Source: an uncultured Pelagibacteraceae bacterium (GTDB lineage Bacteria; Pseudomonadota; Alphaproteobacteria; Pelagibacterales; Pelagibacteraceae). Taken from it: 64,000 bases of DNA. Within the stretch, counting starts at the first letter, position 1; each line of letters opens with the position of its first letter. Position numbers and translations under genes: made by a program. The stretch is taken from contig CACKFV010000004.1 of the NCBI GenBank assembly GCA_902599605.1, positions 152 to 64,151 of the forward strand, given 5' to 3'. Below the pieces are notes generated by a model that worked only from the letters and a program-made list of their open reading frames with translations, ran no database searches and was not told where the DNA came from. Shown here piece after piece: positions 41,560 through 57,643 of the stretch.

Positions 41560-42850
41560 CCCTTAAACCGCCAAGACTAGATTTATCTAATGTAATACTA
41601 CCCCCGTGGGATCTCACTACATCTGATGAGATTGATAAACCTAAGCCAACACTAGACTTAGAATCACCTCTTCCTTTATTTATTTTGTAAAATGGTTTAA
41701 AAACGTTTTCATATTCACTTTCAGCTATTCCAGGACCGTCGTCATCAACAGTAATTATCAAGCTTTTATGAATCTTTTTTAAATTTACCAAAACTTTATT
41801 TGAGTATTTAAGGGAATTATTAATTAAGTTATCTATGCATCTATTTATTAAACTTTTTCTTCCATTAAAAAAAATCTCTTGCTCTATATTAGAAGTAATA
41901 TTGTTATTCTCATATTTCATTATTGAATGATTAAGTAATTTTGAAATATCAAAAAGTTCAGTTTTTTCAGATGATGTAGAGCTAGTAAATTGAAGGTATT
42001 CATTTAACATTTTTTCCATATCCTCCACATCTTCAGATAATTTACTTGAAATTTTTTCGTCTTTTATTAGAGCAAGTTGAAGTTTAATTCTAGTGAGTGG
42101 AGTTCTCAAGTCATGGCTTATACCTGAAAGCATTTCAGATCTTTGGTTTAAGTGTCTCAATATTCTTTTTCTCATTCTTTCAAACTCAAAACCAGCTTGT
42201 CTTATCTCCAGAGCACCAGAAGGTCTAAACTCCTCAACATCTTCACCTCTGCCAAATTTTTCTGATGCTTTTGCTAAATTAATTATTGGACGAGTTTGAT
42301 TTTTTAAGAAGATTAAAGCAATTGTAATTAGCAAAAATGCTGGGAATGTTATCCATAACGCAAATAATCTGGCTGATGTATTAGTGACTCTATTCTTTGG
42401 AATTAAAAATTCAAAATAACCATTAAGATATTCAATCTTCAACTCAATTAATTCTTTATACGTAGTTGTATCAAACCAATAATTATTAAATTTATTTTTC
42501 AATTCTCTTCTCAGAGTTCTATCCATGGGACTAAACCATCTTTCCATATCTGTTTCTGGAATATCCCCAAATGTCTGAAACTTCACATTAAAATTATGAT
42601 GTTCTTTAAATAGTTTAATCAAATTGTCTTTTTCATATTCCTCATTTTCGTACGCATCTATAAAAAATTTAATTTCACCTACTAAAGCCCTGGTCATTCC
42701 TTTATTAGTTTTAATCCAAAGGCTATCAAAAAAAACAATCGATATAATAATTTGTAATATTATTATTGGTGTAGCTACAATTAGTAATGCTCTATAAAAA
42801 AGTCTTTTTGGAAGTAACTTTTTGATATAACTACTCAACCCAGAGAACAT
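41537..42850 (-). CDS. EnvZ-like sensor histidine kinase
   Basis: Two TMs, HAMP, GISHDLRTPLTR, NLINNS, DDDGPG, GLGL. The start is placed at ATG 42850. Confidence 0.92.
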   Translation of the reverse strand: MFSGLSSYIKKLLPKRLFYRALLIVATPIIILQIIISIVFFDSLWIKTNKGMTRALVGEIKFFIDAYENEEYEKDNLIKLFKEHHNFNVKFQTFGDIPETDMERWFSPMDRTLRRELKNKFNNYWFDTTTYKELIELKIEYLNGYFEFLIPKNRVTNTSARLFALWITFPAFLLITIALIFLKNQTRPIINLAKASEKFGRGEDVEEFRPSGALEIRQAGFEFERMRKRILRHLNQRSEMLSGISHDLRTPLTRIKLQLALIKDEKISSKLSEDVEDMEKMLNEYLQFTSSTSSEKTELFDISKLLNHSIMKYENNNITSNIEQEIFFNGRKSLINRCIDNLINNSLKYSNKVLVNLKKIHKSLIITVDDDGPGIAESEYENVFKPFYKINKGRGDSKSSVGLGLSISSDVVRSHGGSITLDKSSLGGLRVKISLPF

Positions 42851-43508
42851 AGCCCGAACCTCTAATTGTTTGTAAATATTTTGGATTTTTTGGATTTGTC
42901 TCAATTTTTTTTCTGAGCCTAGTAATAATTACATCAATTGATCTTTCTTTATCGATTTTAATTAAATTACCAATATCAATTCTTGAAAATACTTTACCAG
43001 GATTATTTATCATTTTTTCTAAAATAGTTTTTTCAGTATTGTTAATTTTAAAATTACTATTTTGATTGGTAATCATCAACTTATTTAAATCTATTTTAAT
43101 TGAGCCGAATTCAAGGACATGTTTAAGATTAACTTTTTTGGTTTTTTTTAAGATATTATTAATCCTTAATAAAAGTTCCTTAGGCTCAAAAGGTTTGGGC
43201 AAATAATCATCTGCACCTGTTTCTAACCCTTCAACTCTTTCACTCGCTTCTCCTTTAGCTGTAAGCAAAATAATTGGTGCATTTAAATTATTTTTATTTT
43301 CAGAAATAAATTCTAACCCGCTTTTACCAGGCATCATTATATCCAAGACTAAAAGATCAAATTTTATTATTGAAATCTTTTCTTTTGCTTCCAATGCATT
43401 TGAGGCAGTATTTACTAGATACCCATTTTCATTTAAAAATTGTTTAAGTAATGACCTTATTCCTTCGTCGTCATCTACTACTAAAATATGTGATTTAAAA
43501 CTTTCCAT
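42831..43508 (-). CDS. OmpR-family response regulator
   Basis: VVDDD, LDIMMPG, GADDYLPKPF, RSIDV.ITRLR.KIE, QTIRG.GY. Confidence 0.95.
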   Translation of the reverse strand: MESFKSHILVVDDDEGIRSLLKQFLNENGYLVNTASNALEAKEKISIIKFDLLVLDIMMPGKSGLEFISENKNNLNAPIILLTAKGEASERVEGLETGADDYLPKPFEPKELLLRINNILKKTKKVNLKHVLEFGSIKIDLNKLMITNQNSNFKINNTEKTILEKMINNPGKVFSRIDIGNLIKIDKERSIDVIITRLRKKIETNPKNPKYLQTIRGSGYVLWVE

Positions 43509-43938
43509 CGATTATTCTTTTTAAAACTATTTCAAAATTTATCACTTCTTTCGAACTTGAGTTAAGTAATGCTTTATAAATCCTTTTTTTTTGGGATAAA
43601 AAAATTTCATCAAATATTTTCTTACCTTTATCATTTAAAAAAATATGTTTTACTCTTGTGTCCTTTTCATCCTTTTTAAATTCTAGATAATTTAATTTTT
43701 TTAAATCATTTATAACTCTATTTAAACTTTGTTTTGTAACGTTTAGCTTGTTAAGTAATTGAGTAATAGTTATCCCATCATAAAATGATATCAAATGCAG
43801 AGCTTTATGATGAGCAGTTCCTAAATTGTATTTTCTAAGTACTTTTTTGGAATCGTTAAATGTTTCCCTGTAACCAACAAAGATTTTTTCAATAAAACCT
43901 TTTAATTGTTCATCTTTTAGGTAAAGAAGATTTTTCAT
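43495..43938 (-). CDS. MarR-family transcriptional regulator (PetP-like)
   Basis: LGTAHHKAL, TKQSLNRV, D.RVK..L...G winged helix; MarR-OmpR-kinase divergent from ilvE. Confidence 0.88.
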   Translation of the reverse strand: MKNLLYLKDEQLKGFIEKIFVGYRETFNDSKKVLRKYNLGTAHHKALHLISFYDGITITQLLNKLNVTKQSLNRVINDLKKLNYLEFKKDEKDTRVKHIFLNDKGKKIFDEIFLSQKKRIYKALLNSSSKEVINFEIVLKRIIDGKF

Positions 43939-43953
43939 AATTGGTAAGTTATA

Positions 43954-43982
43954 TTGACATATTATATATAGGAATATATTTT
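43954..43982 (+). promoter_or_regulatory. Candidate sigma70 promoter of ilvE
   Basis: TTGACA at 43954-43959, 17 nt spacer, TATTTT at 43977-43982. Confidence 0.5.
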
Positions 43983-44003
43983 TTATAAATAAATCTTTTT
44001 AAT

Positions 44004-44885
44004 ATGATTCCTTACGATAAAAGAGACGGTAAAATATGGTACAATTCAGACTTAGTTGATTGGTCTGATGTAAAGCTACATGTTTTAAGTCATGGTTTAC
44101 ATTATGGAAGTTGTGTATTTGAAGGCGAAAGAGTTTATGACGGAAATATTTTTAAACTTGAGGAACATACTTCAAGATTCTTTTATTCTGCAAAAAGAAT
44201 GGGTTTTGAAATTCCTTATTCTGAGAGCGATATAAATATTGCAACAAAAAAAATTGTATCAGCTCAAAATGTAAAAAATGGCTATGTAAGACCTGTAGCT
44301 TGGAGAGGAAGTGAAATGATGGCAATCTCGGCTCAACAAACAAAAATTCATGTGGCTATTGCAACTTGGGAGTGGGGATCTTATTTTGATCCTAAACTTA
44401 AAACTGAAGGTATTAAGTTAAATATATCAAATTGGAGAAGACCTTCTCCTGACTCAATACCATGGGATACAAAAGCTTCAGGACTTTACATGATTTGCAC
44501 TTTGTCAAAACACGAGGCAGAGAGACAAGGCTATACAGATTCTCTAATGTTAGATCACGAGGGAAATGTTGCAGAAGCAACTGGTGCAAATATTTTTTTC
44601 AAGGATACTAAAGGGGAACTGCATACTCCAGTACCAGATTCATTCTTAGATGGAATTACCAGAAGAACTGTGATTGAAATTGCAAAATCTAAAAATATCA
44701 AAGTTATTGAGAGAAAAATCTCACCCAACGAATTAAAGGATTTTGTTGGATGCTTCCTAACAGGTACTGCAGCAGAGGTAACACCTGTTTCGAAAATATC
44801 AAATTATTCTTTTAAAGTTTGCAAAACAATAATGGATTTATCAGATAGTTATCAATCTTTCGTTAGAAAAAAAATTGCAGCTTAA
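44004..44885 (+). CDS. ilvE: Branched-chain amino acid aminotransferase
   Basis: HGLHYGSCVFEGER, YVRP, KASGLY, AEATGANIF, LDGITR, TGTAAEV. Confidence 0.95.
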   Translation: MIPYDKRDGKIWYNSDLVDWSDVKLHVLSHGLHYGSCVFEGERVYDGNIFKLEEHTSRFFYSAKRMGFEIPYSESDINIATKKIVSAQNVKNGYVRPVAWRGSEMMAISAQQTKIHVAIATWEWGSYFDPKLKTEGIKLNISNWRRPSPDSIPWDTKASGLYMICTLSKHEAERQGYTDSLMLDHEGNVAEATGANIFFKDTKGELHTPVPDSFLDGITRRTVIEIAKSKNIKVIERKISPNELKDFVGCFLTGTAAEVTPVSKISNYSFKVCKTIMDLSDSYQSFVRKKIAA

Positions 44886-45467
44886 CTATTTGTTGTCTTC
44901 TGATATTGCATGATCAATACCTTTTCTTAAATAGTCATAAGCTGTATATAAAGTAAGAAAAGCTGAAAGCCATAATAAGATAATGCCAATAGTTTGAGCG
45001 TTATAATCTTGAAAATTAAAAATTTTATTTCCAGTCTCTCCAGTTAAAAGTAAAGATATTGAAAACATCTGTAAAAATGTTTTTAATTTGGCCAATCCCG
45101 ACACAGGTAAATTCACCTGACCTTTTGCTAAAAATTCTCTTAAACCAGAAATTAAAATTTCTCGAGTTAAAATAATTATTGCAGCTATTACTTCGTAATT
45201 TTTTATAGTCCCATCCATTACAAGTAAAATCAAAGCAGTTGCTACAATGATTTTATCAGCGATAGGATCTAAAAGTTCTCCAAGCTTTGATTCTTCTTTA
45301 TATAGTCTAGCAAGTAAGCCGTCTAAGAAATCAGTGAAAGATGCAACAACAAACAAAGTAAATGGTATAATATCCCCATAAAATCCTGGTAAATAATATG
45401 CTAAAACAAAAAAGGGCACTATTATAATTCGGCCGATTGTTAAGTAATTAGGGAATTTAATTTTCAT
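44886..45467 (-). CDS. pgsA: Phosphatidylglycerophosphate synthase
   Basis: [15 protein letters not shown]...[19 protein letters not shown]; uvrC-pgsA synteny. Confidence 0.95.
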   Translation of the reverse strand: MKIKFPNYLTIGRIIIVPFFVLAYYLPGFYGDIIPFTLFVVASFTDFLDGLLARLYKEESKLGELLDPIADKIIVATALILLVMDGTIKNYEVIAAIIILTREILISGLREFLAKGQVNLPVSGLAKLKTFLQMFSISLLLTGETGNKIFNFQDYNAQTIGIILLWLSAFLTLYTAYDYLRKGIDHAISEDNK

Positions 45468-47299
45468 TCGTGAAAGAAATTATATATCTTTTTTGCAACT
45501 TTTTCCTCAACTCCTTCCACTGACTTAATCTCGTCCAAACTTGCAGATTCCACTGCTCTTGCTGAACCAAAATGGTTAAGCAAAGCTCTTTTTCTAATTG
45601 ATCCTATACCTTCTATTTGATCCAATAAAGATTTACTTATACCTTTTTTTCTTCTAGCTCTGTGAGCGCTAATCGCAAACCTGTGAGACTCGTCCCTTAT
45701 TCTTTGAAGAAAAAATAGAGTAGGGTCATTTTTTGAAAACTTGTACTCTTTTCCATTATGAAAAAAAGTTTCATTTCCACTATTTCTAAACTTCCCTTTA
45801 GCAATCGCTATTAATGGAATATCATGAAGTCCAAGTTCATTTAATGTCTCTCTTGCTACTGAATATTGACCTTTTCCTCCATCAACAAAAATAAGATCAG
45901 GAAATGAAAGATGACCTTCTTTTTCTTGCACTGCTTTTTTGAATCTTCTTGTTAGTACTTCTTTCATCATACCATAATCGTCTTGTTCATTTTTCTTCAT
46001 TTTTATATTAAATTTCCTGTATCTTTTTTTAATAAATCCCTCATCTCCATAAGAAATTAATGCTCCAACACTATTTGTTCCTTGAATATGACTATTGTCG
46101 TAAACTTCAATAAGATTAATATTTGTTTCTAAATTAAATTTAGCTACAACCGACTCAAATAGCTCTCTGTTATTTTGAGTTTCATGAAGCTTTCTATTTA
46201 AACTATCTTTTGCATTTTTAATTGCTTGATTAATTACTTTTAACTTAGAACCTTTTTTTGCCACTGAAATATTCACTTGTTTACCCTCTTTTTGTGAAAG
46301 CGTCTGTTCTATCAAAATTTTCTCTTTAATTTCTTGGGATAAAATAATTGAGGATGGGACACTTTTATTTTCATAAAATTGTGAAACAAAAGAATTTAAA
46401 ATATTGCCTAAATTTTCATCAGGATCATGTTTTGGAAAAAAAGCTTGATTACCCCAATTTTGTTTAGATCTGTAAAAGAATACTTGTATACAAGTTTGTC
46501 CAGACTCTTTATATGCTGCTATGACATCAGCTTCAACTAAGTTTGCTTCATTTATCCTTTGAGATGATTGAATTATGTTAAGCGATTTTATTCTATCTCT
46601 TAAAATTCCTGCTTTCTCAAAATCAAGACTCTCGCTAGCTTTTTCCATTTGATCGGATAAATTTTTTTGTATCTTTCTTGATTTACCGGAGACAAACTCA
46701 ATAGCATCATCAACTGTTCTCTTGTATTCACTTTCATCAATATAACCAACACAAGGACCCGAGCATCTTTTGATCTGATATAAAATACAAGGTCGCTCTC
46801 TATTTTTAAAAACAGTATCATCACAAACTCTAAGATGGAATATTTTTTGGATCATTTTTATAGTCCAGTTAGCAGATCCGGCAGATGCAAAAGGACCAAA
46901 ATAAAAACCTTCCTTAGTTTTTTTACCTCTATGTCTTTTTATTTGAGACCACTTGTCTTTATTTCCTATAAAAATAAATGGAAAAGATTTATCGTCTCTT
47001 AGTAAAATATTAAACTTTGGTTTGTGTTTTTTAATTAGATTAGCTTCAAGAAGTAGTGCTTCACTTTCATTTGATGTAGTTGTAATCTCAATTTTTCGTG
47101 TTTGGGATAGCATTCTCTCAGTTCTAATAATATGATTTTTTTCCGATACATAACTTTTGAGTCTGTTAGGCAAGTTTTTTGCTTTACCAACATAAAGAAT
47201 TTGATCTTTATCACTCAGCATTTTGTAAACACCTGGAAGTTTTGGAATTAAAGGCAACTCTTTCTTTATGATTTCTTTTCCAATTTCAGAACTAATCAT
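45464..47299 (-). CDS. uvrC: Excinuclease ABC subunit C
   Basis: [21 protein letters not shown], four-Cys region, [20 protein letters not shown], HhH. The start is placed at ATG 47299. Confidence 0.97.
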   Translation of the reverse strand: MISSEIGKEIIKKELPLIPKLPGVYKMLSDKDQILYVGKAKNLPNRLKSYVSEKNHIIRTERMLSQTRKIEITTTSNESEALLLEANLIKKHKPKFNILLRDDKSFPFIFIGNKDKWSQIKRHRGKKTKEGFYFGPFASAGSANWTIKMIQKIFHLRVCDDTVFKNRERPCILYQIKRCSGPCVGYIDESEYKRTVDDAIEFVSGKSRKIQKNLSDQMEKASESLDFEKAGILRDRIKSLNIIQSSQRINEANLVEADVIAAYKESGQTCIQVFFYRSKQNWGNQAFFPKHDPDENLGNILNSFVSQFYENKSVPSSIILSQEIKEKILIEQTLSQKEGKQVNISVAKKGSKLKVINQAIKNAKDSLNRKLHETQNNRELFESVVAKFNLETNINLIEVYDNSHIQGTNSVGALISYGDEGFIKKRYRKFNIKMKKNEQDDYGMMKEVLTRRFKKAVQEKEGHLSFPDLIFVDGGKGQYSVARETLNELGLHDIPLIAIAKGKFRNSGNETFFHNGKEYKFSKNDPTLFFLQRIRDESHRFAISAHRARRKKGISKSLLDQIEGIGSIRKRALLNHFGSARAVESASLDEIKSVEGVEEKVAKKIYNFFHE

Positions 47300-47711
47300 G
47301 ACTTCTTTTTTTTGAGATTTGTATTCCAACAGAAGAGCAATCTCTCATTATCTCGAGTTTTTCTATTTGAAGGCTTATTTTATCTATCCTTTTATCTTTA
47401 AAAAGTTCGTCAAAAACATCTTCTGCCAATGTTTCAAGAAAATTGTAATGTTTTTTTTTAACAAGTTTTTTAATTAATCTTACAACTTTTGCGTAATTTA
47501 CAATTGATTTGATGTCCTTATCACTTGATGGTTTTTTATCTACATAATCTATTTCAAGTGAAAATTTTACCTTTTGTTTTTTTTCTTTTTCAAAGTCAAA
47601 ATACCCAATTTTAAGATCTAGTAGTAATTCTTTTATAAGAACTTTTTTTTCATAATTAAAAAGCTTTTTAGTTTTATTAATTTTTACTATTTTTAAATTA
47701 CTTCTTTTCAT
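47292..47711 (-). CDS. folB: Dihydroneopterin aldolase family protein
   Basis: IG.F..EK..KQ.V, VNY, FLETLAE, IEKL..VG.I pattern. Confidence 0.82.
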   Translation of the reverse strand: MKRSNLKIVKINKTKKLFNYEKKVLIKELLLDLKIGYFDFEKEKKQKVKFSLEIDYVDKKPSSDKDIKSIVNYAKVVRLIKKLVKKKHYNFLETLAEDVFDELFKDKRIDKISLQIEKLEIMRDCSSVGIQISKKRSHD

Positions 47712-48463
47712 TCCTTACCTTTCAAGACATCTGGCGTTTGCCAGTTTAAGCTTTGACCACTATCGATTGAAATTACTTGCCCTGTAATAGATCTATTTTT
47801 GATAAAAAAGTCAACAGCACTACATATTTCTTCCACGTCTACTTGTTTTTTTAAAAGGGTTGAGAGGTATTGTCTTCTAAAGTGACCTTTTGATTGTCTT
47901 TTATTTTTAATCGTTGGTCCAGGCGCTATTCCATTAACTCTTACACGAGGCGCAAGACTCATTGCACTAGTTTTAGTTAAAGTATAAAGACCTGTTTTAC
48001 TTAAAGTATATGAAAAAAAAAATGGGGTAAGTTTAAAAACTCTTTGATCAATTATGTTTATTATGTTGTTATTTTTTCCTTTTATATTTTTTCCAAATTC
48101 TCTCGATAATATTGCTGGAGCTTTAAGATTAATAGATAAATGTTTTTCCCAACTACTTGAATTGAAATTTTCTAGTTTATCGTTCTCAAAAATTGATGCA
48201 TTATTTATCAAACAATCAAAGTATTTTAGTTTCGATTTTGCAAATTTTACTATCTTATTTACATCTTTTTCTTTTCCCAAATCACCCTTAACAAGATAAA
48301 CCTTTGATCCTGTTTTTATTAGTTCTTTTTTTAAATCTTCAGCTTTCGATTTTGATTTGTTATAATGAATGACTATATCTTTATTAATTCCAGATAAACT
48401 TCTAGCGATTGCGGCACCAATTCTAGTTGCCCCTCCAGTAATTATTATTTTTTGTGCTTCCAC
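47708..48463 (-). CDS. SDR oxidoreductase, pteridine reductase/FolM-like
   Basis: [36 protein letters not shown]; adjacent to folB. Confidence 0.8.
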   Translation of the reverse strand: MEAQKIIITGGATRIGAAIARSLSGINKDIVIHYNKSKSKAEDLKKELIKTGSKVYLVKGDLGKEKDVNKIVKFAKSKLKYFDCLINNASIFENDKLENFNSSSWEKHLSINLKAPAILSREFGKNIKGKNNNIINIIDQRVFKLTPFFFSYTLSKTGLYTLTKTSAMSLAPRVRVNGIAPGPTIKNKRQSKGHFRRQYLSTLLKKQVDVEEICSAVDFFIKNRSITGQVISIDSGQSLNWQTPDVLKGKE

Positions 48464-50619
48464 TTTTTATCTCTTTTTTTAGTTACCTTTGTTCCTGGCA
48501 TTCCCAGAGTGGATCTACCTTTAGGATAAAGCTTATTTTTTACATCATATTGTCTTATTTTAGGATTTAAAGTAATTTCAAGTTCAGTACTTTCTAATTT
48601 TCTAATTTCATCTCTTAATTTAGCTGCTTCTTCAAACTCTAAATTAGATGCAGCATCTTTCATTTTTTTATTTAAACCCTTCAAGTGTTTTTTTAAATTG
48701 CCACCTATATTTGATCCCTCACTAATTTTTACGTAATCTTTTTCGTAAACACTTTCTAAAATATCGCTTATTTCTTTTTTAATTGATTTAGCGTCAATTT
48801 TATTTTTTTTGTTATAATCTAATTGAATTTCTCTCCTTCTTTTTGTTTCCAGTATTGCTTTTTTAATACTTTTTGTTTCTTTATCTGCATATAAGATTAC
48901 TTTCCCTTCGACATTTCTTGCAGCCCTTCCAATTGTTTGAATTAAAGATGTTTCAGATCTTAGAAACCCTTCTTTATCTGCATCTAAAATACCAACCAAT
49001 GCACATTCAGGTATATCAAGCCCTTCTCTTAATAAGTTTATTCCAACCAAAACATCAAAAACACCCATGCGAAGATCCCGCATAATTTCTATCCTTTCAA
49101 GTGTGTCAATATCTGAATGGAGATACCTAACTTTAATTCCATTCTCATGGAGATACTCAGTCAAATCCTCTGCCATTTTTTTTGTTAAAGTGGTAACTAG
49201 AACTCTATAATTCTTTTCAACAACTTTTTTACACTCATGCATTAAATCATCTACCTGATTTTTTGCTGGTCTTACCTCTACCTCTGGATCAATTAATCCA
49301 GTGGGTCTAATAACTTGGTCTATGTATTTACCTTTTGTCTGCTCTAGTTCCCACGGTCCTGGGGTTGCTGAAACAAAGATGGTTTGTGTTCTCATTAAAT
49401 CCCATTCTTCAAATTTTAATGGCCTATTATCCATACACGAAGGTAATCTAAATCCATATTCAGCAAGTGTACTTTTTCTTGATCTATCTCCTTTATACAT
49501 CCCATTTAATTGAGGTACTGTTACATGAGACTCGTCAACAAATATAATTGCATTATCTGGAAAGTACTCAAATAGAGTCGGTGGAGGTTCACCCGGTTTT
49601 CTACCAGATAAAAATCTTGAATAGTTCTCAATTCCTGCGCAAGATCCAGTAGCCTCTATCATTTCTAAGTCAAACTTTGTTCTCTCCTCTAGTCTTTGTG
49701 CCTCTAATAACTTATTTTCAGATTTATGTTTTTTAAGAGTAAGCTCCAATTCTTTTCGGATGTTTATCACTGCCTGCTCTACAGTAGGCTTTGGTGTAAT
49801 GTAGTGACTGTTTGCATAAACTTTTATTAAGTTTAAATCTCTGACCTTATCACCGGTCAAAGGATCAAACTCTTCTATTTGTTCAAGTTTATTTCCAAAG
49901 AGACTTATTCTCCAAGCTCTATCTTCTAGATGTGAAGGAAAAACTTCAAGATTTTCACCCCTTACTCTAAAAGTGCCTCGATAAAAGTTTTGATCATTCC
50001 TTTTGTATTGTAAAGCAACAAAAGACTTAATAATTTGTTCTCTGTTATATTCATAATTTTTTTGGAGCGTCAGTGTCATTTTACTATAAGCTTCAACGGA
50101 ACCTAATCCGTAAATACACGACACACTCGCAACAATAAGTACGTCATCTCTTTCTAGTAAAGATCTTGTTGCTGAGTGACGCATTCTATCAATCTGTTCA
50201 TTTATTGAAGCTTCTTTTTCGATATATGTATCTGACCTTGGCACATATGCTTCAGGAGTATAATAGTCATAATATGAAACAAAATACTCCACAGCATTTT
50301 CAGGAAAAAAAGTTTTCATTTCGCCGTAAAGTTGAGCAGCTAATGTTTTGTTTGGAGCTAATATTAAAGCTGGTCTATTCGTGGCTTCAATAACTTTTGC
50401 CATTGTGAAAGTTTTACCTGATCCCGTAACCCCCAATAAAACTTGATTAAATTGTTCTTTATTAGCCCCAGAGACCAGTTTTTTAATTGCTTCTGGTTGA
50501 TCACCTGCGGGTGTAAAATTTGAAATTATTTTAAACTTCTTACCTCCCTCAAGTTTTCCACTGATTTGTGGTTTTTTTCCCTCTAAATCGGTAATTAAAT
50601 CTTGATATGTATTTTGCAT
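48445..50619 (-). CDS. uvrB: Excinuclease ABC subunit B
   Basis: [42 protein letters not shown]. Confidence 0.98.
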   Translation of the reverse strand: MQNTYQDLITDLEGKKPQISGKLEGGKKFKIISNFTPAGDQPEAIKKLVSGANKEQFNQVLLGVTGSGKTFTMAKVIEATNRPALILAPNKTLAAQLYGEMKTFFPENAVEYFVSYYDYYTPEAYVPRSDTYIEKEASINEQIDRMRHSATRSLLERDDVLIVASVSCIYGLGSVEAYSKMTLTLQKNYEYNREQIIKSFVALQYKRNDQNFYRGTFRVRGENLEVFPSHLEDRAWRISLFGNKLEQIEEFDPLTGDKVRDLNLIKVYANSHYITPKPTVEQAVINIRKELELTLKKHKSENKLLEAQRLEERTKFDLEMIEATGSCAGIENYSRFLSGRKPGEPPPTLFEYFPDNAIIFVDESHVTVPQLNGMYKGDRSRKSTLAEYGFRLPSCMDNRPLKFEEWDLMRTQTIFVSATPGPWELEQTKGKYIDQVIRPTGLIDPEVEVRPAKNQVDDLMHECKKVVEKNYRVLVTTLTKKMAEDLTEYLHENGIKVRYLHSDIDTLERIEIMRDLRMGVFDVLVGINLLREGLDIPECALVGILDADKEGFLRSETSLIQTIGRAARNVEGKVILYADKETKSIKKAILETKRRREIQLDYNKKNKIDAKSIKKEISDILESVYEKDYVKISEGSNIGGNLKKHLKGLNKKMKDAASNLEFEEAAKLRDEIRKLESTELEITLNPKIRQYDVKNKLYPKGRSTLGMPGTKVTKKRDKKWKHKK

Positions 50620-50643
50620 ATATTAAACAAAGTAATAAAATAA

Positions 50644-51855
<1,212 letters not shown>

Positions 51856-51858
51856 TAT

Positions 51859-52803
51859 TTAACTTGCCAGGTATTTCTCAGCCTCTAAAGCAGCCATACA
51901 TCCCATACCTGCTGCTGTAACAGCTTGTCTAAAAATTTTGTCTTTCACATCGCCAGCAGCAAATATTCCTGGAACATTTGTTTCTGTGGAGTCAGGCTTT
52001 GTAATCAAATAACCTTCCTTATCCATTTTTAATTGATCTTTAAACAGTTGAGTTGCAGGATCATGACCAATCGCAATAAATAATCCATCTATTTTTAAAT
52101 CACTTATGTTGTTATTCTTAACATTTTTGATTTTTAAGCCTTTAACATTTTTAGGGTTTTCATCTCCTACAATTTCTTCAACGACTGAGTCCCAAATAAT
52201 TTCAATTTTTTTGTTATCCATGAGTTTTTTTTGAAGCATTTTTTCTGCCCGTAACTTATCTCTTCTATGTATTAGTTTTACTTTTGATGCAAATTTTGTG
52301 AGAAACATTGCTTCTTCAACGGCAGCATTTCCACCCCCAACTACCGCAACAGTTTTTTCTTTAAAAAAGAAACCGTCACATGTAGCACATGCAGAAACTC
52401 CAAACCCTCTAAATTTTTTTTCAGACTCGAGATTTAACCATCTTGCTTGAGCTCCTGTGGAAATGATAATTGAATCTGCAGTATATTTTTTACCACTTTC
52501 GCCAATAGCTTCAAAAGGCTTAGACTTAAAATTAACAGATGAAATATGATCTTCAATCATTTCAGTTCCAACAGCTTTAGCTTGATCCTTCATTTGGTCC
52601 ATCAGCCAAGGCCCTTGAATTACTTTTGCAAATCCAGGATAATTCTCAACATCTGTAGTTGTAGTTAATTGTCCACCAGGTTCCATTCCATGAACTAAAA
52701 TTGGATTCAACATAGCTCTTGCAGCATAAACTGCTGCAGTATATCCGGCTGGGCCAGACCCAATTATTAACACTTTTGTGTGTTTAGTTGGATTTTGATT
52801 CAT
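51859..52803 (-). CDS. trxB: Thioredoxin reductase
   Basis: GSGPAG, GVSACATCDGF, GGGNAA, HRRD, GDV.D..RQA. Confidence 0.97.
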   Translation of the reverse strand: MNQNPTKHTKVLIIGSGPAGYTAAVYAARAMLNPILVHGMEPGGQLTTTTDVENYPGFAKVIQGPWLMDQMKDQAKAVGTEMIEDHISSVNFKSKPFEAIGESGKKYTADSIIISTGAQARWLNLESEKKFRGFGVSACATCDGFFFKEKTVAVVGGGNAAVEEAMFLTKFASKVKLIHRRDKLRAEKMLQKKLMDNKKIEIIWDSVVEEIVGDENPKNVKGLKIKNVKNNNISDLKIDGLFIAIGHDPATQLFKDQLKMDKEGYLITKPDSTETNVPGIFAAGDVKDKIFRQAVTAAGMGCMAALEAEKYLAS

Positions 52804-52824
52804 ATCAAAGCTATATAGTAATTT

Positions 52825-53760
52825 ATGTCTAAATTAAAAGGGTTATTATTAACGGAGGGAATGCATGGCATGATAAGTCAAGTCGAGGGTTTGGCTAAAG
52901 CATTAGGCATTGATTACATTCACCAAAAAGTTGAAATAAACTTGTTAGCAAAACTTCTTCCCCCAAAAATAACTCCTGTTTCAAATTTATTTTTTAAAAA
53001 ATTCACTGTACCAGAAATTGATTTAGTAATTTCTTGTGGAAGAAAAAGTGTCATACCTTCATTATATCTTAAAAAGAATTCAACTAAAAAAATTGTAAAT
53101 ATTCATATTCAAGATCCAAAAGTATCGTTGTCAAATTTCGATTATGTGATTGTTCCTGAGCATGATGGCTTAAACGGTAAAAATATTATCAGCTCTAAAG
53201 GTGCTTTGCATTATCTCACTTTAAAAGAAATTGAAAAAAATCATGAGTACTTAAGTGATAAGATTGATAAAAATAAATCACAAATACTTCTTATTTTAGG
53301 AGGCCCTAACAAGTACTACAAATACGATAAAAAGAACATGAGTAGGATTTTTGAAAACATTAAGGGCTTAGCTGAAAAAAATAATCTTCAAATTATTATT
53401 ATTCCCTCCATGAGAACTCCAGCTGACACCATTGATTACGCGAATAAATTCTTTGGAAGTGAAAATCTTGTTATTCAAAATGTTGACAAAAAAGCTTATT
53501 TAAGTGGTCTGTCCATCGCTAAATTTTTAGTGGTGACTTGTGACTCGACGTCGATGATTTCCGAAGCTGCTTTAACTGGAAAACCAATATATGTAGCTCA
53601 AATACCATCAAAAAGAGACGATCATAGGTTTAGGCAATTTAGGGCCTTGTTTAGTAAATTAAATATTATAAAAAATTTAAATAATAGTTTAGAAATATGG
53701 AAATATGAAAAACTTGATGAAACTAATAGAATTGCAAATTTAATAAAACAGAAATTATAA
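52825..53760 (+). CDS. ELM1/GtrOC1-like protein (putative GT-B fold nucleotide-sugar enzyme)
   Basis: G..SQ..GLA..L, ISCGR, IHIQDP, PEHD, LGG.NK.Y, S.RTP, VTCDSTSMISEA..TGKP. Confidence 0.8.
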   Translation: MSKLKGLLLTEGMHGMISQVEGLAKALGIDYIHQKVEINLLAKLLPPKITPVSNLFFKKFTVPEIDLVISCGRKSVIPSLYLKKNSTKKIVNIHIQDPKVSLSNFDYVIVPEHDGLNGKNIISSKGALHYLTLKEIEKNHEYLSDKIDKNKSQILLILGGPNKYYKYDKKNMSRIFENIKGLAEKNNLQIIIIPSMRTPADTIDYANKFFGSENLVIQNVDKKAYLSGLSIAKFLVVTCDSTSMISEAALTGKPIYVAQIPSKRDDHRFRQFRALFSKLNIIKNLNNSLEIWKYEKLDETNRIANLIKQKL

Positions 53761-54418
53761 TGTCATTTTTAAATTCTCTAGAAAATAAATCCAAGAAATT
53801 TGAAGACCCATTTTTACACTGGGAATTGGACAAACCTCTTACTGATGAACAAATTAACGAAATAGTCAAAGCCGATATTGCAAATCCCATTGAACATGAT
53901 TTGAATTATGATGGGACAAGAGCAATCGATGGTGGAGCTCCGGAATTTAGGAAAGGGTTGTCTCATGGTGGACAAGCGCTTAAGTTTAGATGCTTCATAA
54001 CAAAAGATAATTCAAATGAATTCCCTAACCTAATGAAATTGATTAAAGAGCTTCAGAGTAAGAAAACTCATGAAAAAGTCTCTAAACTTGTTGATAAAGA
54101 TTTGTCAAATTCTTATGTAAGAGTTGAAGTCATATGTGATAGGAAAGGTTTTTGGTTAAAACCTCATTGTGATATTGAAGAAAAATTAATGTCGTGTTTG
54201 CTATTTGTTAATAAAACAAATGAAAGTGAAGACTTAGGAACTGACTTTTATAATAACGACCTGAAAAAAGTAAAGACAATGCCTTATAAAGATAATTATG
54301 GTTATTTTTTCACTAGTGGTCCAGGTACATGGCATGGTATGGAAAAAAAAGAAATTCGTAAAGAGAGAAGATGCCTACAAGTGAACTACGTAACTTTTAA
54401 AACTGACTGGAAAGTCGA

Positions 54419-54422
<4 letters not shown>
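53760..54422 (+). CDS. 2OG-Fe(II) oxygenase superfamily protein
   Basis: PF.HW, HxD (KPHCD), GT.FY, distal His (TWHG), Arg (ERRCLQVNY). Confidence 0.8.
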
Positions 54423-57620
<3,198 letters not shown>

Positions 57621-57643
<23 letters not shown>

